Notes under the pieces: generated by a model
The model's database searches: none
What the model saw: only the letters and a program-made list of their open reading frames with translations
What the model was told of the DNA's origin: nothing
Origin: Vulcanimicrobiota bacterium
Lineage (GTDB): Bacteria > Vulcanimicrobiota > Vulcanimicrobiia > Vulcanimicrobiales > Vulcanimicrobiaceae
Length of the DNA stretch: 64,000 nucleotides
Assembly (NCBI GenBank): GCA_963695225.1
Contig: OY968762.1
Coordinates: 2,304,001-2,368,000, forward strand
Reading direction: 5' to 3'
In this document: positions 42,575 through 53,527 of the stretch, piece after piece
Layout: each line of letters begins with the position of its first letter
Position numbering within the stretch: the stretch's first letter is position 1
Translations under genes and position numbers: made by a program

Positions 42575-42937
42575 ATGAAATTGCTGATCGTCGACGACTC
42601 CAACGTCATCCGGCGCTCGATCCAACGAACGCTGACGGATCGCAACGCGGAAGTCCGGATGGCGGGCAACGGCCTTGAGGCACTTCGGGCGATCGAGGAC
42701 TTCGAGCCGGACATGGTCACGATGGATATCACGATGCCGGAGATGGACGGCCTGGCGTGCGTCGAGGAGATGTTGCGCCGCCGGCCCGAGGTGCGGATCC
42801 TCGTCGTTTCGGCGCTTGCCGACAAAGCGACCGCGGTCGAAGCGGTAAAACGGGGCGCACAAGGATTTCTCCTAAAACCCTTTACCGCGGAAACCCTCAA
42901 TGAGGAGATCGCGGAGCTATTCGAGGTGCTCGGATGA
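42575..42937 (+). CDS. Single-domain CheY-like response regulator
   Basis: LIVDDS, TMDITMPEMDG and FLLKPF. Confidence 0.93.
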   Translation: MKLLIVDDSNVIRRSIQRTLTDRNAEVRMAGNGLEALRAIEDFEPDMVTMDITMPEMDGLACVEEMLRRRPEVRILVVSALADKATAVEAVKRGAQGFLLKPFTAETLNEEIAELFEVLG

Positions 42938-43413
42938 CGGAAGAAGATCTCAAAGTTTTCGTATCGGGAACTGCGAACTATTTCACGCAAGTTGCGTCCG
43001 TGCCGGCGGAAGTCAGCACGCCTTTCATCAGAGAGGCGAGCGACGACGTCATGTACGATTTCTCCGCCGTCATCGGCATCACCGGGACTCAGCGCGGGTG
43101 CGTCTACTACACTGCGCCGCGCACGATGGTGCAGAAGCTCGTCTCGCAGCTCGGCGAGCCCGAGCTCGGCGACGACATCTGCGCCGATTTCGTCGGCGAG
43201 ATCGCCAATACGATCTCGGGTAACGCTCGCGAGCAACTCGGTTCGGGGTTCATGATCTCGGTTCCGGTCGTCTTCCGCGAGGCGAAAGAGGTCCGCTTCC
43301 CGCCCGATGCGCCCGCCTACGTGATTCCGATCGTGTGGAAGGGGCATCGCTCGTCGCTCATCATCTGCCTGAAAGATGAACCGTTACGCCCCGCCCGGGT
43401 AGAGGTGGGCTGA
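42934..43413 (+). CDS. cheX: CheX-family phosphatase
   Basis: 'SAVIGITG..RG' and 'GEIANTISGN...ISVP' (E-x-x-N motif). Confidence 0.9.
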   Translation: MTEEDLKVFVSGTANYFTQVASVPAEVSTPFIREASDDVMYDFSAVIGITGTQRGCVYYTAPRTMVQKLVSQLGEPELGDDICADFVGEIANTISGNAREQLGSGFMISVPVVFREAKEVRFPPDAPAYVIPIVWKGHRSSLIICLKDEPLRPARVEVG

Positions 43414-43421
43414 GGAAAGAT

Positions 43422-44612
43422 ATGTCGAAACTGCAATACGAAGTGTTCCTGCGCTCGCGCGAGTTCGAGCGGGCCGCCGCAGGCATGCAGATGCGTCCGA
43501 TGGACTGGCGTCTGTTGCTCGCGCTCGACGGCCGCACGGCTCTCGGAGATCTCGCGCAGCGCCTGTTGCTCGACGTCGACGAAGCCGTCGATACGGTCGT
43601 CGTTGCCGAACGATTGCGGATGGTGGAGCGCCGCCGCGTTTCGCTTTCGGAATACCGGTCGGAATTCGAGCGACGCGCTGCCGAAAACGCGGGTTTCGCG
43701 CCGCAGGCGCCGGCGATCGCGCCCGAGGCGGAACCGCCGGCCGGACCGCTCGAAGCGCCGGCGGAGCTCCCCGGCGCGCCGGCGGCGAACCGGCTGCCGG
43801 CGGACCTCGAGGCCGCCCCGTTAGAGCCCGCTTTCGCGTCTGAAGCGCTCGCACCGCAGCCGGAGCTGGCCGAAGAACCGGCGCGGTTCGCAGAGTACGC
43901 TCCGTTCTCGGAACCGCCGGCGTTCGGCGAGGAGCCGGCGTTTGCCGAGCCCGCGTCGCCTGCCGGATTCGATCCGTTTGCCGGAAGCGCCGGCGTCATG
44001 CTCGGCGAGGCAAGTGAAGCGCGGTTGGAAACGTTCCACGTGATGCGCGAGGGAGTGGCCCATCACGTCGCCGAGTACGCGGACGTTCGCGATCAGCTAC
44101 AGGATGAGCCGCCCGCGCTCGCGCAGGACGCTCCCCATCAGCCCGAGTTCGCCGGTGATGCCGAGCTTGTCGCTCGTCCCGAGCTTGTCGAAGGACGAGC
44201 CGAAGAGTCCGAGCCCGCGACCGAAACCGCGCCCGTCGAGACGACCGTCATCCCGAACTCGTCGAAGGACGAGCCGGCTCTCGGGCACCGGATCGCGGCC
44301 TGGGCCGAAGCTCCGCTGGCGCACGAGGCCGCGCCCTGGGCGCAAGCGCCCGCCGAACCCGCCGTGGAGCCGCAGCCGCCGGCGGAGACTTGGGCTCAGA
44401 CGCCTGCGGAGCCGAACGCCGAGGTTTGGACACCGGTCGCCGCCGAAGCCGAAGCGCCCTCGATGCCGGATGCGCCGGCGGCCGAGCCCGCGTTGACGGC
44501 GCCGGCAGCCCCCTGGGAGGCTGCGGCCCCGGCAGCGGAAAACGTGGTCCCGCCGGTCGTCAAGCCGATCGAATTCAAGCTGCGACCGTCGGTGCAGGTG
44601 GTCATTCGCTAG
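43422..44612 (+). CDS. Hypothetical protein: N-terminal wHTH-like domain and acidic Pro/Ala/Glu-rich tail
   Basis: 'DWRLLLALDGRTALGDLAQRL' followed by a low-complexity region. GAGG RBS, 8 nt after cheX. Confidence 0.65.
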   Translation: MSKLQYEVFLRSREFERAAAGMQMRPMDWRLLLALDGRTALGDLAQRLLLDVDEAVDTVVVAERLRMVERRRVSLSEYRSEFERRAAENAGFAPQAPAIAPEAEPPAGPLEAPAELPGAPAANRLPADLEAAPLEPAFASEALAPQPELAEEPARFAEYAPFSEPPAFGEEPAFAEPASPAGFDPFAGSAGVMLGEASEARLETFHVMREGVAHHVAEYADVRDQLQDEPPALAQDAPHQPEFAGDAELVARPELVEGRAEESEPATETAPVETTVIPNSSKDEPALGHRIAAWAEAPLAHEAAPWAQAPAEPAVEPQPPAETWAQTPAEPNAEVWTPVAAEAEAPSMPDAPAAEPALTAPAAPWEAAAPAAENVVPPVVKPIEFKLRPSVQVVIR

Positions 44613-44642
44613 GGCTTGGGGGCCGAGCAAGGCGAGAAGAGA

Positions 44643-44678
44643 GAGAGGCGGCGAAACCGGATGGTTCCGCCGCCTCTC
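44643..44678. terminator. GC-rich hairpin between convergent genes
   Basis: GAGAGGCGGCGAAACC / GGTTCCGCCGCCTCTC. Confidence 0.55.
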
Positions 44679-44696
44679 CCTCTGTTTCCGGGCTAG

Positions 44697-46439
44697 TTAT
44701 TCCGAGTGCCGATCGTCGTGGGCGCCCGGCTCGTCGGCGTGCTCGCTCACGTTGCCGAAATCGCGCGCGATGCGTTCCGCCACCGAAAGCGTCGATGGGT
44801 CTACCGCACCCTTTTTCGCGGGTACCCTGGTCTTCGCGCGCGGCATGAGGCGGGAGAAGAGGTTGCCCAGCTGCCAGCGCGGCTTCGCCGCGACCTGGGA
44901 GTCGCCCGCGGCCTGCGGCGTGGAAACCGCAGCCGGATCCTCAGGCGCAGCCGCCTCGGCGTCGATCGTTTCGAGCGCGGGAGGTTCGTCTGATTCGATG
45001 ACGCGCGCCGGTGCGGGCGTCATCGACACCGTTCCCGGCGCCGTGGGCGCAGGCTCCGCCGCGGGTGCGTCCGCCTTCGGCGGTTGACCGGCATCCGGCG
45101 GTTGGGCGAACGCGTTGCGCGTGTAGGCCTCGCGAGAAAACGCTTGGCGGCCGAAGGACTGCCAGCCGAGCGGCGCGCGATCGGGGCCTGCGTCGGCCTC
45201 TGCGGGGCGAGCGGTCTCGGGCGCCGCGGCATCGAGCTCGCCGTGCTCCGGGATCAGCCGGAGCCTGGGCCGCTCCTCTTCCGGGGCGCGCAGTTGCGCC
45301 ATGCGCCGTTCGGCGTCCTCGCGTTCGCGAAGCGCGCGCTCGTGGGCTGCGCGCAGGTCGGCGGCGCGAGCCTCGCTTTCGAGGCGCTGTGCGACCGCTC
45401 GTTCCCGCCCCGCGGAGCGCTCGCGCTCGAGGTCGACCTGGAGATTCGCGATCTCGCTCTGGAGCGCCTCGCCCATCTGGATCGTGTCGCGGAGCCGGGA
45501 CTCCGTCTCGGCTAGTTTCGATTCCGCTTGAGCCCTGCCGTTTCGCAGCGCTTTCAGGTGCGCGGCGACGTCTTGTGCTTCACGTTCGAGCGTGCGCGAG
45601 GTCTGCGCGAACTCGTTCGCGCGGCGCTCGACGTCGCTCCGGCCGGCGCCGGCGCGCTCGCGGCCGGCGAGCTCGTCCGCAGCGCTGTTGTCGAGCCCTC
45701 CGCATTGTTGGAGCGCGCTCTCGTAGGCGGCCTTACGTTCGCTTGCGCGTAGCACGGCGTTGCGCTGCTCGGTCCGGGCTTGCTCCATCGCCGCTCGAAC
45801 GGCGGTTATGCGCAATTCGGCCTCCGAGCGTTCGCGTAGCGCTTCTTCTTCGGCCTTGCGGGCTTCGGCGAGGCGAAGCTCCAGCTCGGTGCGTTCGTGC
45901 GCGAGCGCTTCGGCGGTCTGCCGGAGCTCGTTCGAGCGCGCGACGACGCTCTGGTGCTCGCGTTCCGCCTGCTCGATCGCGATGCGTAGCGTCGCGACGC
46001 TCTCCTCGGCTTCCCGCTGCTCCTTGAGTAGCCGTTCCGCCGTTTCGCGCACTTCGTCGGCGCGCCGGCGCGATTTCGAATGCTCGAGCTCCGCGCGTTG
46101 CGTTTCGGCTTGGTGCTCGTCGAGTTGCTTCTGGATCGCGGCGCGTTCGCGGGCGAGTTGTTCGAGCCGGCTCTCGCGGTCGCGGGCCTGGTCGGCGAGC
46201 ATCTGTTCACGTGCGGTCGAATCATCGATGGCTGCACGCAGGCCGGCGGCCCGAGTCTCCAGCTGCGAGCGCTCGGCACCCAGCCTTTCCGCTTCCGTGC
46301 GTAGCGTGGCGAAGCGTTCTTCTGCAGAGATGCGGATGGGTTCAATCACGCGTTCGACTCCCGCTGGTGGTAACGGCAGCGGCCCCGGGCTCGGAGCCGG
46401 CGGCATGGGCGATACGACGACGAAGCTCGTCGTTCTCAA
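44697..46439 (-). CDS. Long coiled-coil protein with a disordered C-terminus
   Basis: About 350 aa of E/R/A/Q-rich heptads and no ATPase motif. Start uncertain. Confidence 0.65.
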   Translation of the reverse strand: MRTTSFVVVSPMPPAPSPGPLPLPPAGVERVIEPIRISAEERFATLRTEAERLGAERSQLETRAAGLRAAIDDSTAREQMLADQARDRESRLEQLARERAAIQKQLDEHQAETQRAELEHSKSRRRADEVRETAERLLKEQREAEESVATLRIAIEQAEREHQSVVARSNELRQTAEALAHERTELELRLAEARKAEEEALRERSEAELRITAVRAAMEQARTEQRNAVLRASERKAAYESALQQCGGLDNSAADELAGRERAGAGRSDVERRANEFAQTSRTLEREAQDVAAHLKALRNGRAQAESKLAETESRLRDTIQMGEALQSEIANLQVDLERERSAGRERAVAQRLESEARAADLRAAHERALREREDAERRMAQLRAPEEERPRLRLIPEHGELDAAAPETARPAEADAGPDRAPLGWQSFGRQAFSREAYTRNAFAQPPDAGQPPKADAPAAEPAPTAPGTVSMTPAPARVIESDEPPALETIDAEAAAPEDPAAVSTPQAAGDSQVAAKPRWQLGNLFSRLMPRAKTRVPAKKGAVDPSTLSVAERIARDFGNVSEHADEPGAHDDRHSE

Positions 46440-46580
46440 GTTATCGGCGTCTTGGACAAAAGGTGAAGCCCGCGCCGACGGGGGTGATCGCGGGGCGGGC
46501 CGCCAACTTCATCGCGACGCTACCGGGCGCCGGCCCGCCGCTCGAAGCGGCGGGCGCGACCCCGGGAGCTGACGGCAAGA

Positions 46581-46653
46581 GGGCGATTAGCTCAGTTGGG
46601 AGAGCGCCTCGTTTACACCGAGGATGTCGGCGGTTCGAGCCCGTCATCGCCCA
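46581..46653 (+). tRNA. tRNA-Val(TAC)
   Basis: GGGCGAT/ATCGCCC acceptor stem, CCTCG-TTTACAC-CGAGG anticodon arm and GGTTCGAGCCC T arm. Confidence 0.95.
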
Positions 46654-46664
46654 TTTCTCGCCGG

Positions 46665-47120
46665 CTACCAGCGTGCGTCGCGGATTGCGACGCGGACGTG
46701 GTAGGCGGCGGCGTCGATATCGCGCGTGGCGGCGCCGCGCAGGCTGAGAGACGCCGGATTCTGCTCCTCGCGCGTTACGTCGAAGCGCGCCTTCTGCAAC
46801 GCCTCGAGCGCGCGCTGCAATCGCCCGCGGCGATCGATGCCGGGGTCGATGAAATGCTCGTCGACGTTTTTGCCGTCGTTGATGCCGGCCACTCTGATGT
46901 CGCGGTAAGCGCGGGCGATGAAGTCGAGGGCCATGTCCTCTTGCCCGTTGACTCCGGGCCGGTAGCCCGGACGGTCGAGGAGCGCGCGGGCGTAGCGGAG
47001 GTCGCCCATCGCGTGGAGGTAGTACGGGTGCGCCCCGGGATAATCGGCGAACGCCGGGGCCGCGGTCGCGGCGAGGGCGACGAACGAGGCCGTCGCGAGA
47101 AGTCTGCCTGCGAAGTTCAT
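46665..47120 (-). CDS. Secreted helical hypothetical protein
   Basis: Signal peptide '..AAPAFA|DYPGAHPYYLHAMGDLRYARALL' and an AGGAG RBS. Confidence 0.75.
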   Translation of the reverse strand: MNFAGRLLATASFVALAATAAPAFADYPGAHPYYLHAMGDLRYARALLDRPGYRPGVNGQEDMALDFIARAYRDIRVAGINDGKNVDEHFIDPGIDRRGRLQRALEALQKARFDVTREEQNPASLSLRGAATRDIDAAAYHVRVAIRDARW

Positions 47121-47342
47121 GTCGTGACTCCTGTTCGGTTGCTGTATCTTAGGATGAGAGCGGCCGGCTGCCGTCCGGCCTATCGAGGAAACGCGCCGCT
47201 TTGCGGCGCCGTCGCCGCGCGCCGGCAAGTCTAACGGCCGTCTAATCGGGCCGGCACGCGCCCTCGCGGGCTGCGGTGCGCGGAATTCGCCGGCCCGTGG
47301 GCCAATAGGTGAATGCCCGTTCCTAGCCGACGGGGGATCTGA

Positions 47343-48848
47343 ATGGATACTGCCAGCAAGCAGGGCGTCGCCCTTTCCTCCATCCTCGCGAGCGCCGGGC
47401 TCACCGTCGCGAAGCTGGTCGTAGGCGTATTGACGGGGAGCCTCGGGATACTCTCGGAGGCGGCACATTCTCTGCTGGATCTCGGCGCAGCCTCGATCAC
47501 GTGGATGGCCGTGCGCGTGAGCGACAAACCGGCCGACGCCGACCACCCGTGGGGCCACGGCAAGTTCGAAGCAGTCTCCGCGCTCATAGAGACGGGCCTG
47601 CTCTTCGTCACGGCTGCCTTGATCGCCAAGGAATCCGTTGCCCGGCTGATCTTCGGCGGCGCGCACGTCGACGTGACGTGGTACTCGGTCGCGGTCGTCA
47701 TCGGGTCGATGGCGGTGGACTTCACTCGCTCGCGCGCGCTCATGAAGGTCGCAAGGGAGACGAAGAGTCAAGCGCTCGAAGCGGATGCGCTCCATTTTTC
47801 GTCCGATATCCTCTCCTCCGGCGCCGTGCTCGTAGGCCTCGGTGGCGTCGCGGCCGGATTCCCGAAGGCCGATTCCGTCGCCGCACTGATCGTGTCGTTC
47901 GTCGTCGCGAAAGCGGGCTGGGACCTTGGGAAGCGCACGGTCGACGTTCTGGTCGATGCAGCGCCCGCGGGCCTCTCCGAGAGCATCGCCGAGGTCCTGG
48001 GGACGATTCCCGGCGTGGCTCGCGCGGACCGCATTCGGGCCCGGCTGCTCGGGAGCACCGTCGTAGCGGAGGCGATGGTCTCCGTCGTCCCGGGGACGCC
48101 GATCGAACGCGCCGCGGCGATCTGCGGCGACGCGGAGTCGGCCGTCATCGCCCGCCATCCGGATGTGGCGATCACGGTTCGGGCGGAGCCTCTCCCGCTC
48201 GATCAGGCGACGGTCGCGGAGACCGTCCGGCACGCGGCGGCGCGGCTCGGCCTGGACGTGCACGACGTCGCAGTCCACGCCGCACGCGGCTCCGAGGGTT
48301 CCGCCGGCCTCTTGCACGTCGTCTTCGACGTCGAGATCGAGGCAGGGACGCTCCTGCGCGAGGCGCACGCGCGCGCCGACGCGCTCGAGCGCGCCGTCGC
48401 CGCCCAACTCGGCAACGGCGTCGTCGTCCGGTCGCACCTCGATCCCAAGCGCGCGGGCCCGGTCGAGGCGAAGGCGCTGCCGCCGGAGAGCGCGGCCGAT
48501 TTGACGGCGCGCGTCGCCGCCGTCGCGGCGGCCGTCCCGCTCTGTCGTGACGTGCGCGACGCGATCGTCCAGGATTCAGAGGACGGCCTCTGCGTCTCGG
48601 TCTCGTGCTTCTTCGACCCGGAGCTGCCGCTGCAGGACGTCCACGCGGCGACCTTGGCGGTCGAGCATCGGATTCGCCGTTTGATGCCGACGGCCGGCCG
48701 CGTCCTCGTCCATGCGGAGCCACTCGCCGATCCGCCCCGGCGCCCGCAGCGCGCGGACCTCGCGGAGGCGCTGCCGGCGGAGCTTGCGATCGTTTCGCGG
48801 GCGGACCTCGCGACCGTTACCGTCGCGGCGCCGCCTCCGCCGGATTAG
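47343..48848 (+). CDS. Cation diffusion facilitator with repeated C-terminal dimerisation domains
   Basis: 'SEAAHSLLD', 'PADADHPWGHGKFE' and 'ALEADALHFSSD', with three ZT_dimer-like repeats (RAEP, HLDP, HAEP). Confidence 0.9.
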   Translation: MDTASKQGVALSSILASAGLTVAKLVVGVLTGSLGILSEAAHSLLDLGAASITWMAVRVSDKPADADHPWGHGKFEAVSALIETGLLFVTAALIAKESVARLIFGGAHVDVTWYSVAVVIGSMAVDFTRSRALMKVARETKSQALEADALHFSSDILSSGAVLVGLGGVAAGFPKADSVAALIVSFVVAKAGWDLGKRTVDVLVDAAPAGLSESIAEVLGTIPGVARADRIRARLLGSTVVAEAMVSVVPGTPIERAAAICGDAESAVIARHPDVAITVRAEPLPLDQATVAETVRHAAARLGLDVHDVAVHAARGSEGSAGLLHVVFDVEIEAGTLLREAHARADALERAVAAQLGNGVVVRSHLDPKRAGPVEAKALPPESAADLTARVAAVAAAVPLCRDVRDAIVQDSEDGLCVSVSCFFDPELPLQDVHAATLAVEHRIRRLMPTAGRVLVHAEPLADPPRRPQRADLAEALPAELAIVSRADLATVTVAAPPPPD

Positions 48849-48936
48849 CTCGCGCAAACGCGCCCAAGGGCGGCGCTCGGGCATCCCGAACGTTCAGCGA
48901 TTCCGAATCTTCCGCGGGTACGCGCAAGGAGCAGCG

Positions 48937-49722
48937 ATGATCGAGACGGGACCGCGTCGCCACATAACCCTGCAATCGCTCGACGGCATCGCCGTCGTCA
49001 CGCTCGCCCGCCCCGAAAAGCGTAACGCGCTCTCCCTCGAGACGATGCGCGAGATGCTCGACATGCTCGGGGAGATCGGCCGCGACCGTTCGATCCGCGT
49101 CGTCGTCCTGCGAGCCGAAGGGCCGGCTTTCAGCGCCGGGCACGACATCCGCGAGATGCTTTGCCGCGACGCGACGGCCTACCGGGAGATCTTCGATACC
49201 TGCGTGCAGATGATGACGGCGATCCAGACGATCCCGCAGCCCGTGATCGCCGAGGTCACGGGCATCGCGACGGCAGCTGGCTGCCAGCTCGTCGCAACCT
49301 GCGATTTGGCGTTTGCCTCGACCGAAGCGCGCTTCGCGACGCCGGGCGTGCGGATCGGGCTCTTCTGCACGACGCCGATGGTCGCGCTGACGCGCGCGAT
49401 CGGGCGGAAGCGCGCGATGGAGATGTTGCTCACGGGCGATTTCGTCGACGCGCCGACGGCGGCGGAGTGGGGCCTCGTGAACCGCGTCGTCGGGATCGAA
49501 GGGCTGCACGACGAAGTCATGGCGACCGCACGGCAGATCGCTTCGTCGAGTTCGTTCGTCATCGGCCTCGGCAAGCAGGCCTTCTACGCGCAGATCGATC
49601 TCGATCAACCGAAGGCATACGCGTACGCGAAGGAAGTCATGAGCATGAACGCGCTCGAAGCGGATGCGCAAGAAGGGATGGCCGCGTTCGCGGAGCGCCG
49701 CCGGCCCACGTGGGTGCACTAG
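48937..49722 (+). CDS. Enoyl-CoA hydratase/isomerase family protein
   Basis: 'RPEKRNAL', 'FSAGHD', 'ATAAGCQLVATCDL' and 'FATPG'. Confidence 0.92.
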   Translation: MIETGPRRHITLQSLDGIAVVTLARPEKRNALSLETMREMLDMLGEIGRDRSIRVVVLRAEGPAFSAGHDIREMLCRDATAYREIFDTCVQMMTAIQTIPQPVIAEVTGIATAAGCQLVATCDLAFASTEARFATPGVRIGLFCTTPMVALTRAIGRKRAMEMLLTGDFVDAPTAAEWGLVNRVVGIEGLHDEVMATARQIASSSSFVIGLGKQAFYAQIDLDQPKAYAYAKEVMSMNALEADAQEGMAAFAERRRPTWVH

Positions 49723-49732
49723 CGGCGCGCCC

Positions 49733-50780
49733 TTAGCTAGCGCGTAACGCCCGGTCTCTGGACTCGCTCGAAAAGCGCGGGGCGAGAAGCTCCGCGAGCT
49801 GCTCCGATTCCGCGAGGAACGCGTCGTGGCCGTGATGCGATTCGAGCTCGAGATAGACGCTGTCCGCGCCGTGTTCCGCGAAGCGCTCGGCGGCTCGGCG
49901 CACGTCGTCGGGGCGGAAGAGCCAATCGCTCGAGATCCCGACGAACGTGAGCGCGGGCAAGGCCCGGTCGAGCTTGCGCTCGCGCGTATCGAAGAGGTCC
50001 ATCGCCCGCGTCAGCGTGAGATACGTGTGGTCGTCCATCCGCGCGGCGAAGATGCTGCCCTGATAATTGAGATAGCCTTCGATGTCGAAACGGTCGGCGT
50101 GGTTGCGGGCCGGGTCGCCGCCCTTGCGGTCGAAGCGCCGTCCGAAGCGATGCGAGAACAGCGCTTCGCTCTTGTACGTGAGCATCGCGATCTTGCGCGC
50201 GAGCTCGATGCCGGCGGTCGGCGTAGGGCCGCCGTTGCGGATGGCCTCGCGGGCGACCGCGTTGAGCGCGATTCCCATCGCGGAGAACGAATCGTAGGCT
50301 CCGACCACGATCGCGCTCTCGACCTGGCGGGGCGCAGAGAGCGCCCATTCGAGCGCCTGCATCCCGCCGAGCGAACCGCCGATCGCGAGCGCGACGCGCG
50401 TGATGCCGAGGCGTTCGAGCGCCGCCCGCTGCGCGCGCACGATGTCGGGGACCGTGACGATCGGGAAGCTCGCCCCGTACGGCTTCCCGTCGGGCCCAGG
50501 GCTCGTCGGTCCGGTCGAACCGTAACAACCGCCGAGCGCGTTGACGCCGACGACGGCGAGCCGATTCGTGTCGAGCAGCTTGCCGGGGCCGATGAGCCCG
50601 GGCCACCAGTCGGCAACGCGGCTCGAGCCGGTCAGCGCGTGCGCGACGACGACGACGTTCGAGCCGTCGGGCCGCGCCTTGCCGTAGATCGAGACGCGCT
50701 GCACGACGCCCTCGAGCGCGACGTCGCAATCGAGCGCAAGGCGCCCGATTGCGACGTCCCGTTCGAGGGCCGGTTCGAGG

Positions 50781-50788
<8 letters not shown>
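49733..50788 (-). CDS. metX: Homoserine O-acetyltransferase
   Basis: [20 protein letters not shown] and HGHDAFL. Confidence 0.93.
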
Positions 50789-52094
<1,306 letters not shown>

Positions 52095-52305
52095 CGGGCT
52101 AGCTCCTTTGCCGGTTGTGAGATGACCGAACGGGGAGCCCGCGAGCGGAAGATCTGACGATCAGCCGTGGTGCCTCGCGAGCGGACGGGTGGCAGTCGCT
52201 TCGAGCGAGGATACCGATTGTGCGGCGCCGGCCGGGAAAAGGGAAGCCTCGAGAGGCTGCCGTTTCAAACCGGTGCTTTCCGCGTGCGCTGGTTGAGAGA
52301 GCGAC

Positions 52306-53220
52306 ATGCGAACCACCCTGAGTGTAGTGAAGTTGATTCAACATACCGAACGTCGCGGGGTGCGTCAAGATCCAACCCGCTATCCGCTTCCTTCAGGCGG
52401 GCTGCTCCAGGCTTTTGGAGCGGAGGACGGGCCGGCGCTCCTGTTCATGCACGGCATCGGAGGCGCTGCGTGGTCGTGGCTCCCGCAGGGATTGGCCCTG
52501 GCCGAGCGCTGCCGCTGCTACCTGTGGGAGGCCCGCGGCCACGGTGCGGCGTCACCCGCTCGCGACGTGACGCTCGGCGACTATTACCAGGACGGGCTTG
52601 AAGCGCTGAACTTCATCCGCGAACGGGGCGAGCCGCCGATCGTCGCGGCTCATTCGATGGGGGGGCTCATCGCCATGGCGCTCGGCGCCGATCATCCGGC
52701 GGCCGTGCGCGGGCTCTTCCTCCTCGAGCCGGTGTACGCTCCCGGCGGCCCGCCGCCGTCGCTGACGCGGCTCGGGAGTGCGGCGCGGAACTCTTTGCGC
52801 TCGTTGCTCCTTGCGGTTCCGCGCGAAGGAACGCTCTCGCTGGCGCTTTCGCGAGCGGTGTTCCACTCGGCTTTCACGGACCGCGCCGCGGAGGCGCGAG
52901 CCTGGGAAGAGCAGCGGCGCCAGCCGATCGTCGAGTTCCCCGCGATGTTCCTAGAAGGCGTCGAGGGGCGCTTCGAGCAGCGCGCGTTCGCGCGGGAATT
53001 GCGCGTTCCGGCGCTCCTGCTCGAGGGCTCGATCGCGCGGCGCCGTCCGCGTTTCCCCGGGCTCGTCGCGGACTTGCGCGCGGCGCTGGGCGACCGTTTC
53101 CGATACGAGGTCGCGGAGGGCGGACATTACCTGCAACTCGACCGGCCCGCCGTGGTGACCCGCTTGCTGGAAGCCTTCGTCGCGAGCCTCTCAACGGCCG
53201 CGCACGGTCTTCCCGCGTAG
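52306..53220 (+). CDS. Alpha/beta hydrolase
   Basis: 'FMHGIGG', 'RGHG', 'AHSMGG' and 'GGHYLQLDRP'. Start uncertain. Confidence 0.85.
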   Translation: MRTTLSVVKLIQHTERRGVRQDPTRYPLPSGGLLQAFGAEDGPALLFMHGIGGAAWSWLPQGLALAERCRCYLWEARGHGAASPARDVTLGDYYQDGLEALNFIRERGEPPIVAAHSMGGLIAMALGADHPAAVRGLFLLEPVYAPGGPPPSLTRLGSAARNSLRSLLLAVPREGTLSLALSRAVFHSAFTDRAAEARAWEEQRRQPIVEFPAMFLEGVEGRFEQRAFARELRVPALLLEGSIARRRPRFPGLVADLRAALGDRFRYEVAEGGHYLQLDRPAVVTRLLEAFVASLSTAAHGLPA

Positions 53221-53223
53221 CCC

Positions 53224-53472
53224 GCGTCCGGGGCGGGGCGGGGTTCCTCCGCGGGGACGCCCGCCCCGCCCCGGACGCTGCCTACATTCTTGTGGGAAGG
53301 CTCCGTCGGCAAGCTGCGCGCGCCGCGGAGAAAGGCGCCCCGCCCCGGACGCTACCTGCGTTCTCGTGGGAAGGCTCCGCGGGCAAGCTGCACTCCCCGC
53401 GGAGAAACCCCGCGCCGCCCCGGACGCTACCTGCATACCGTGGAAAGTGTGGCTCCGCCGGCAAGCTTCACT
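53224..53472. repeat. 19-bp hairpin plus three imperfect 74/75-bp tandem units
   Basis: Units begin CGCCCCGGACGCT at 53267, 53341 and 53416. Stem 53224-53242 pairs with 53260-53278. Confidence 0.85.
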
Positions 53473-53527
53473 TTGTTGATGGGCGGCGTGCAGGGGGTCG
53501 GGTAGTTCGCGAAGATGATGATAAGGA

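Noticed and set aside
44697..46439. SMC/chromosome-segregation ATPase
   Set aside because: Coiled coil only, with no Walker A/B or hinge motif.
46581..46653. Second island integrated at tRNA-Val
   Set aside because: No duplicated 3' end or integrase was seen downstream.
52095..52305. SAM/SAH riboswitch or attenuator peptide upstream of metY
   Set aside because: I could not find the SAM-I core (ATC.AGAG...GGCAACC...GGTGC) or SAH motifs. The 48-codon minus-strand ORF has no internal Met or Cys. An Infernal scan would be needed.
53260..53472. Mini-CRISPR array
   Set aside because: The units are similar along their full length with no unique spacers, and there are no cas genes in the window.
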